Source of the DNA: Candidatus Methylomirabilia bacterium | GTDB lineage: Bacteria; Methylomirabilota; Methylomirabilia; Rokubacteriales; CSP1-6 | Direction: 5' to 3' | Assembly (NCBI GenBank): GCA_041497895.1 | Contig: JBGQHJ010000146.1 | Coordinates: 1-12,136, forward strand | DNA length: 12,136 bases | Part shown: in pieces, positions 7,476 to 12,136 of the stretch | How the letters are laid out: each line of letters opens with the position of its first letter | Numbering within the stretch: position 1 is the first letter of the stretch | The notes under the pieces: model-generated | Told to the model about the DNA's origin: nothing | The model's input: the letters and a program-made list of their open reading frames with translations, nothing else | The model's database searches: none | Position numbers and translations under genes: made by a program

Positions 7476-7511
7476 CATGAGAACGCCCCGCGGCTCAGGG
7501 GCCACGGGGCG
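7476..7511 (-). terminator. Probable intrinsic terminator downstream of metK
   Basis: Minus strand CGCCCCGTGGC-CCCTGA-GCCGCGGGGCG forms an 11-bp stem with one G-U pair (7484-7511), followed by a weak U-tract TTCTCAT. It lies about 22 nt after the metK stop. Confidence 0.6.
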
Positions 7512-7533
7512 CGGCCTTCACCGGCGCCCGGCG

Positions 7534-8685
7534 TCAGACGCCGGCGTCGTCCCGAAGGTCCTTGATCCGGTTCGTGCGCTCCCAGGTGAACTCGGGCTCG
7601 TTGCGCCCGAAATGTCCGTAGGCCGCCGTCTTGCGGTAGAACGGCCGCCGCAGATCCAGGTACTTGATGATGCCCGCGGGGGTGAAGTCGAAGTGGCGGC
7701 GGATCAGCTGCTCGAGCTTGCTGTTCGGCACCTTGCCGGTCCCGAAGGTCTCGACCATGATCGAGACCGGATCGGCGACTCCGATCGCGTAGGCCACCTG
7801 CACCTGCGCCCGCTCGGCCAGGCCGGCGGCCACCACGTTCTTGGCCACGTGGCGGGCCATGTAGCACGCGGACCGGTCGACCTTCGTCGGGTCCTTCCCG
7901 GAGAACGCGCCGCCCCCGTGCGGGCAGGAGCCGCCGTAGGTGTCGACGATGATCTTCCGTCCGGTGAGCCCGGTGTCGCCCATGGGCCCGCCGGTGACGA
8001 AGCGGCCGGTGGGATTGATGTGGTACGTGACCCGGTTGGGATCGATCAGGTGCTTGGGAATCGTCGGCAGCACCACCTGCTCGATCATGTCCTCGCGGAT
8101 CTTGGAGAGGCCGGTCTCGGGGCCGTGCTGCGTCGAGATGACCACCGTCTCCACCGACACCGGCTTGCCGTCCACGTACCGGACGCTGACCTGGCTCTTG
8201 CCGTCGGGACGCAGGTACGGGAGCTGGCCGCTCTTTCGGACCTGGGTGAGCCGCAGGCAGAGCTTGTGGGCCAGCATGATCGGCAGCGGCATCAGCTCCT
8301 CGGTCTCGGTACAGGCGTAGCCGAACATCAGCCCCTGGTCGCCCGCGCCGAGCTTGTCCACGCCCATCGCGATGTCGCCCGACTGCTCGTCGATCGCGGT
8401 GATGACCCCGCACGTCTCGTGATCGAAGCCGAACTTGGCGCGGGTGTAACCGACCTCCCGGATGGTCTCGCGCGCGACCCGGGGGATGTCCACGTAGCAC
8501 GAGGTCGTGATCTCGCCGGCCACCACCACGAGGCCGGTGGTGAGGAGCGTCTCGCAGGCGACCCGACCGGTCGGATCCTGCGCCAGGACCGCGTCGAGGA
8601 CCGAGTCCGAGATCTGGTCGGCGATCTTGTCCGGATGTCCTTCGGTCACCGACTCCGAGGTGAACAGGTACTCCTCACGCGCCAT
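7534..8685 (-). CDS. metK: S-adenosylmethionine synthetase (methionine adenosyltransferase), 383 aa
   Basis: [101 protein letters not shown] at 8700-8696. Confidence 0.99.
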   Translation of the reverse strand: MAREEYLFTSESVTEGHPDKIADQISDSVLDAVLAQDPTGRVACETLLTTGLVVVAGEITTSCYVDIPRVARETIREVGYTRAKFGFDHETCGVITAIDEQSGDIAMGVDKLGAGDQGLMFGYACTETEELMPLPIMLAHKLCLRLTQVRKSGQLPYLRPDGKSQVSVRYVDGKPVSVETVVISTQHGPETGLSKIREDMIEQVVLPTIPKHLIDPNRVTYHINPTGRFVTGGPMGDTGLTGRKIIVDTYGGSCPHGGGAFSGKDPTKVDRSACYMARHVAKNVVAAGLAERAQVQVAYAIGVADPVSIMVETFGTGKVPNSKLEQLIRRHFDFTPAGIIKYLDLRRPFYRKTAAYGHFGRNEPEFTWERTNRIKDLRDDAGV

Positions 8686-8733
8686 GCCCCAAAGCCCTCC
8701 GTCACTCCGTCAGGGTTCTACTGCGAATACGTG

Positions 8734-8762
8734 ACATTAGCACGCCCCCCGGGGGCTCTCAA
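8734..8762 (-). promoter_or_regulatory. Sigma70-type promoter of metK
   Basis: Minus strand: TTGAGA (8762-8757, overlapping the GH57 stop codon), a 17-nt spacer ending in TGC (extended -10), then TAATGT (8739-8734). Predicted TSS near 8727, giving a leader of about 40 nt. Confidence 0.7.
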
Positions 8763-10903
8763 GCGGATTCCCCGCTTTCCGGCGCGCCCGCGGCCATTTC
8801 TCCGACGCGCAGGCGCAGCGACACCTCCCACGTCTCGCCGGGGCGCAGCCTCACCGGCCAGATCACGAGCACCGCCGAACCCTGGTAGATGCGCTCGAAG
8901 CCGCTCTCGGAGAGCGAGACCGTCTCGACCGGGGCCCACGCGATCTCGGCGGGGGCGGAGCAGCTCAGCGCGATCTCGCCGCCCAGCCACTCGTCGACCA
9001 TCGCGAGACCGTGCGCGCCCTCGAGACGTCCCCGGCTGCCGAGCGAGGGCCGGCCGGCCACCCGGAAGTACCGACCGGGCGCGTCGCCCGCGCTGAGCGT
9101 GAGGTTGGACTGCACCGCCCAGCGCGCGTCGAGTGGCTCCTCGCCCTCCCACCGCAGGCGGTAGCCGGCGGTGACCGCCGGATCGTCCGCCGCGACGACC
9201 AGCGACTTCTGCAGCGACATCGGGCGGCCGTCCGGACGCAGCAGCGAGCAGAGCACCGCCACCTCGCGCGGCGAGGTCTTCACCTCGTGGTCGAGCGGCC
9301 GGTCGCCCACCGCGACCCACGCGGTGTCCCACGGCTCGAGCGGATCGAGGGGCTCGCGCCCGTCGGCGGGCGGGAACAGGCCGTCGAGGAGCGCGGCGCG
9401 CCGGAAGCGGTCGTAGCGCAGCAGCGCGGTGAGCCCGGCTTCCTTGACCGCGGGCGGCGCATGGATCGTCTGCACCTCGCCGGGGCGGCTCTCGCGCGGC
9501 CGCTCCTCGACCTGTCGGTGATACGCCTCCGGCCGCCGGGTCAGCACGTCCGCCACGTCGACCTCGCCGCCCATCCACGCGAGCTCGGTCAGGCAGCCAC
9601 CGCGCGCGGGGCGCACCACCGCCCCGAGCGAGCGGGTGCGCACCGTGACCTCGACCTGGCCGTCGCCGTCGACGTCCGCGCGCACGCACTCGATGCCGAT
9701 CGGCTTGCCCACGCCGTCCAGGCCTCGCTCGCAGCCGATCAGGGCCGACTTCACCGCGCGGCGCAGGTGCGGCAGGTAGCAGCCGCCGAACACCCCGTGC
9801 CAGTACGCGTCGTTGGCCTGGCCCTGCCACAGCCGCTCGCGGGCCGCGAGGAGCCGCGGGTCGCGCGGGCGGGCGGACAGCCCCTCGTGCACGCGCCGGG
9901 AGAGACGCAGCATCTTCCAGTACGCGTCGCCGATCTCCGGGTACTTGACGAGGAAGTTCCGGAAGAAGCCGCCGCGCAGGAGGCGGGCGAGGCGCTCCCC
10001 GTCCGGCAGCTCCTGCAGCCGGTGCCGCGCCGCGGCCAGCTCCGCGGCGGCCGCCGCGGGCAGCGCCCACTCGCCCATCTCGGTGTAGGCCGCGGTGGGC
10101 AGGTACACCCGCCCGGCGGGCGGGCGCGCGTCGAGGTAGCGCGAGAACGTGGAGACCGCGAGCCACGGCGCCGCGCGCAGGGCGTCCAGGAAGCGCACCA
10201 GCCATCGCTCGCCGTAGACGAGCCGGTCGGTGCCCGGCCACACCCCGAACTTCTCGCCGTCGTCCACCAAAGTGACCGCCCCCGCCCCGCGCCGGCCCTC
10301 GAGGTACCGGAGGCTCTCGGCCGGATCCGAGAACGGCACCAGGTAGCGCAGACGCTGGTTGATCGGGAACACCGCCACCGACGCGCCCTGCTCCTCGGTC
10401 AGGTAATAGCCGCCGAGCGTCTCGGGGTCGAGCCCGGCGAGCGCGAAGTGCGAGTCGTCCACCAGGACGAATTCCACGCCGGCCTCGCGCAGCACCCGCG
10501 GCAGCTGGGGCTCCCAGATCCGCTCGGCGAGCCACATCCCGCGCGGGGTCACCCCCCAGTGCGACTTGAGGAAGTGGGCGAGGGCCTGGATCTGGCCCAC
10601 CTTGTCCCAGTCCGGCAGCAGGGCCAGGATCGGCTCGTAGAAGCCGCCACCCAGGAGCTCGACCTGCCCGTCCGCGGCCAGCCGCCCCAGCAGGTCGAAG
10701 GTCGGGCGGGCCCGGGCCTTGAGCGCCTCGAGCAGGCCCCCCGAGCAGTGCACGGTCAGCGGCAGGCCTCTCCCGGCGCGATCGATGGTCTCGAGGAAGG
10801 GGTGGTACGCCCGGATGACCGCGTCGTCGACGACGGACTCGAAGTTGCCGACCGGCTGGTGATTGTGGATGCCGAGCAGAAAGTGGAGCCGGTCGTCACT
10901 CAC
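8759..10903 (-). CDS. Glycoside hydrolase family 57 4-alpha-glucanotransferase / alpha-amylase (AmyA-type, with C-terminal beta-sandwich), 714 aa
   Basis: GH57 conserved regions: HNHQPVGN, GQVELLGGGFYEPIL, GMWLAERIWEP (catalytic Glu), DDGEKFGVWPGT (catalytic Asp), VYLPTAAYTEMGEWALP, FRNFLVKYPE, QANDAYWHGVFGG.YLPHLR, and C-terminal PVETVSLSESGFERIYQG. GTG start overlaps the rapZ 3' end by 8 nt. Confidence 0.93.
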   Translation of the reverse strand: MSDDRLHFLLGIHNHQPVGNFESVVDDAVIRAYHPFLETIDRAGRGLPLTVHCSGGLLEALKARARPTFDLLGRLAADGQVELLGGGFYEPILALLPDWDKVGQIQALAHFLKSHWGVTPRGMWLAERIWEPQLPRVLREAGVEFVLVDDSHFALAGLDPETLGGYYLTEEQGASVAVFPINQRLRYLVPFSDPAESLRYLEGRRGAGAVTLVDDGEKFGVWPGTDRLVYGERWLVRFLDALRAAPWLAVSTFSRYLDARPPAGRVYLPTAAYTEMGEWALPAAAAAELAAARHRLQELPDGERLARLLRGGFFRNFLVKYPEIGDAYWKMLRLSRRVHEGLSARPRDPRLLAARERLWQGQANDAYWHGVFGGCYLPHLRRAVKSALIGCERGLDGVGKPIGIECVRADVDGDGQVEVTVRTRSLGAVVRPARGGCLTELAWMGGEVDVADVLTRRPEAYHRQVEERPRESRPGEVQTIHAPPAVKEAGLTALLRYDRFRRAALLDGLFPPADGREPLDPLEPWDTAWVAVGDRPLDHEVKTSPREVAVLCSLLRPDGRPMSLQKSLVVAADDPAVTAGYRLRWEGEEPLDARWAVQSNLTLSAGDAPGRYFRVAGRPSLGSRGRLEGAHGLAMVDEWLGGEIALSCSAPAEIAWAPVETVSLSESGFERIYQGSAVLVIWPVRLRPGETWEVSLRLRVGEMAAGAPESGESA

Positions 10904-11780
10904 GATCGAGGTCCCGGTGCCTGACGATCGGACTCAGGCCGAGACCGGTCAGGAAGGAGCGGAGTGCCTCCACCAGCATCACGGAGCGATGCCGACCCCC
11001 GGTGCAGCCGATGGCCACCGTGAGGTAGGCCTTGCCCTCCCGCTCGTAGAGCGGCAGGAGGAACTTCAGCAGCCCCTCCAGCCGCGAGAGCAGCTCGCGG
11101 CTCTCGGAGAACGACATCACGAACTCCTCGACCGCCGGGTCGCGGCCGTCGAGGGCGCGCAGCCGATCCACGAAGTGCGGGTTGGGCAGGAAGCGGACGT
11201 CGAAGACCAGGTCGGCGTCGTAGGGCACCCCGTGCTTGAAGCCGAACGAGACGAGGGAGACGGTGAGGCCGCCCCCCTTGGCTGCCTGGGGGCCGTAGGA
11301 GTGCACCATCTGGTCCTTGAGCTGGTGCACGGTCAGCGACGTGGTGTCGATGACCCGGTTGGCGATCTCGCGGAGATGCGCGAGGGCCTTGCGCTCCGCC
11401 CGGATGCCGTCGAGCACGTTGCCCTCCCCGGCGAGGGGATGGCGGCGCCGCGTCTCGTGGTACCGGCGCACCAGCGTCTCGTCGGAGGCCTCCAGGAAGA
11501 GCACGTCGACCCGGTGCCCGCGGCTCCGCAGCTCCTGGATCGTCTCCACCATGTTGACCAGGTACTCCCCTTCCCGCACGTCGACGCCGAGCGCGATGGC
11601 CCGGATGCCGCGGCTCGAGTTGGCGCACAGCTCCGCGAAGGTCGGGATCAGGGTGGTGGGCAGGTTGTCCACGCAGAAGTAGCCCAGGTCCTCGAGACAC
11701 TTGATCGCGTAGCTCTTCCCCGCGCCGGACAGCCCGGTGATGATGACGAAGCGGATGGGCTCGGCGGCGGGATCGGTCAC
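10896..11780 (-). CDS. rapZ: RapZ/YvcJ-family P-loop nucleotide-binding protein (RNase adapter family), 294 aa
   Basis: IITGLSGAGKS (Walker A), LEDLGYFCVDNLP, GVDVR, RRYHETRRRHPL, SFGFKHGVP.DADLVFDVRFLPNPHF, TVAIGCTGGRHRSV. Confidence 0.97.
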   Translation of the reverse strand: MTDPAAEPIRFVIITGLSGAGKSYAIKCLEDLGYFCVDNLPTTLIPTFAELCANSSRGIRAIALGVDVREGEYLVNMVETIQELRSRGHRVDVLFLEASDETLVRRYHETRRRHPLAGEGNVLDGIRAERKALAHLREIANRVIDTTSLTVHQLKDQMVHSYGPQAAKGGGLTVSLVSFGFKHGVPYDADLVFDVRFLPNPHFVDRLRALDGRDPAVEEFVMSFSESRELLSRLEGLLKFLLPLYEREGKAYLTVAIGCTGGRHRSVMLVEALRSFLTGLGLSPIVRHRDLDRE

Positions 11781-11787
11781 GCCGGGC

Positions 11788-12087
11788 TCATGGGCGGGCC
11801 GGGCGACGGGGACGGCGCTTCGTCGTCTCGCGCACCTGGCGGCGGAGGGCGAGCACCGCGCGGTCCACCGCGACGGCCAGGTCGGGCGCGGTCTCGCGGC
11901 TGCGGAAGGCGCGGGACCGGGCCAGCAGAGTGAGGGCCGCGGTGCGCCGGTGCTTCTCGCGCGACAGGATCGCGCGCGTCTCCACCACCACCGGGAGCAT
12001 CGGCTCGAGCTTGGCGAGCTTCCGGGTGAGCTCGTCCTTGTAGCTCTTGGAGACGGTCATCCCGCGGGTGCTGATGATCACCTGCAC
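11788..12087 (-). CDS. hpf: Ribosome hibernation promoting factor / RaiA (S30AE family), short divergent form, 99 aa
   Basis: The pattern MQVIISTRGMTVS..Y...L..KL.KLE...ILSREKHRR.A.LTL......RSRE...DL..AVDRAV.AL.RQVR fits the HPF beta-alpha-beta3-alpha layout. GTG start with GAGG upstream. Its position just upstream of rapZ fits the rpoN operon. Confidence 0.8.
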   Translation of the reverse strand: MQVIISTRGMTVSKSYKDELTRKLAKLEPMLPVVVETRAILSREKHRRTAALTLLARSRAFRSRETAPDLAVAVDRAVLALRRQVRETTKRRPRRPARP

Positions 12088-12098
12088 CGGACCCGGCC

Positions 12099-12136
12099 TC
12101 AGCGCTTCTTGGACTGCAACCGCCGTTGGTGCGACG
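12099..12136 (-). CDS. rpoN: C-terminal fragment of the upstream gene, probably RNA polymerase sigma-54 factor
   Basis: The frame reads ...xSHQRRLQSKKR-TGA, resembling the (I)PSSxxRKR-type tail after the RpoN box, and stops 11 nt before hpf. The call rests mostly on rpoN-hpf-rapZ synteny; only 11 full sense codons are visible. Confidence 0.5.
   Translation of the reverse strand, partial: SHQRRLQSKKR

Noticed and set aside
7528..7544. Palindrome CCGGCGTC-A-GACGCCGG across the metK stop
   Set aside because: One-nt centre, half constrained by coding sequence, and almost all GC; likely chance. A better terminator hairpin lies just downstream.
8686..8740. Assignment of the metK leader to a known SAM riboswitch class (SAM-SAH-like GUCAC...GUGAC)
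   Set aside because: The internal AACGGCUUCCUGGC-type core is absent and the 5' strand overlaps the predicted -10 box. Kept only as an unclassified candidate element.
8744..8756. Near-palindrome GCCCCCCGGGGGC in the metK promoter spacer as an operator or terminator
   Set aside because: Low-complexity C/G runs with no real loop and no U-tract; a function cannot be supported from sequence alone.
7468..11933. ORFs 7468..9096 (+), 7475..8500 (-), 8718..10535 (-), 9011..10924 (+), 10863..11933 (+) and 10900..11700 (-)
   Set aside because: They overlap metK, GH57 or rapZ, which have strong family motifs; their composition is typical of GC-rich shadow frames.
1..12136. CRISPR arrays, tRNA/rRNA genes, IS/transposase/integrase, prophage or defence genes
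   Set aside because: All intergenic gaps are at most about 120 nt, no repeat-spacer periodicity is visible, composition is uniform, and every long coding stretch is explained by the listed genes.

Overview
Very GC-rich (roughly 70% by eye), gene-dense chromosomal core region of a diderm bacterium. The GC level and the fused lptF-lptG gene suggest an Acidobacteriota/Ca. Rokubacteria-like organism, but that is only inference. Right to left on the minus strand: a probable rpoN 3' end, a short and very basic hpf/raiA, rapZ, a GH57 4-alpha-glucanotransferase/amylase, metK (with its own sigma70 promoter and a probable terminator) and a UPF0182 membrane protein. The UPF0182 gene converges on a plus-strand LptF-LptG fusion gene. 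That gene is divergent, across only 24 bp, from an uncharacterised exported protein, which is followed by the 5' part of valS; the ORF track missed valS because it runs off the left edge. I see no mobile elements, CRISPR arrays, rRNA or tRNA genes. This is mostly housekeeping DNA and I found no clear new multi-gene system. The best leads are: (i) a 24-bp bidirectional promoter with two overlapping -10 boxes apparently driving two leaderless genes, linking an unknown periplasmic protein to the LptFG fusion; (ii) a GH57 enzyme translationally coupled to rapZ where PTS(Ntr) genes usually sit; (iii) structured leaders upstream of metK and the UPF0182 gene.
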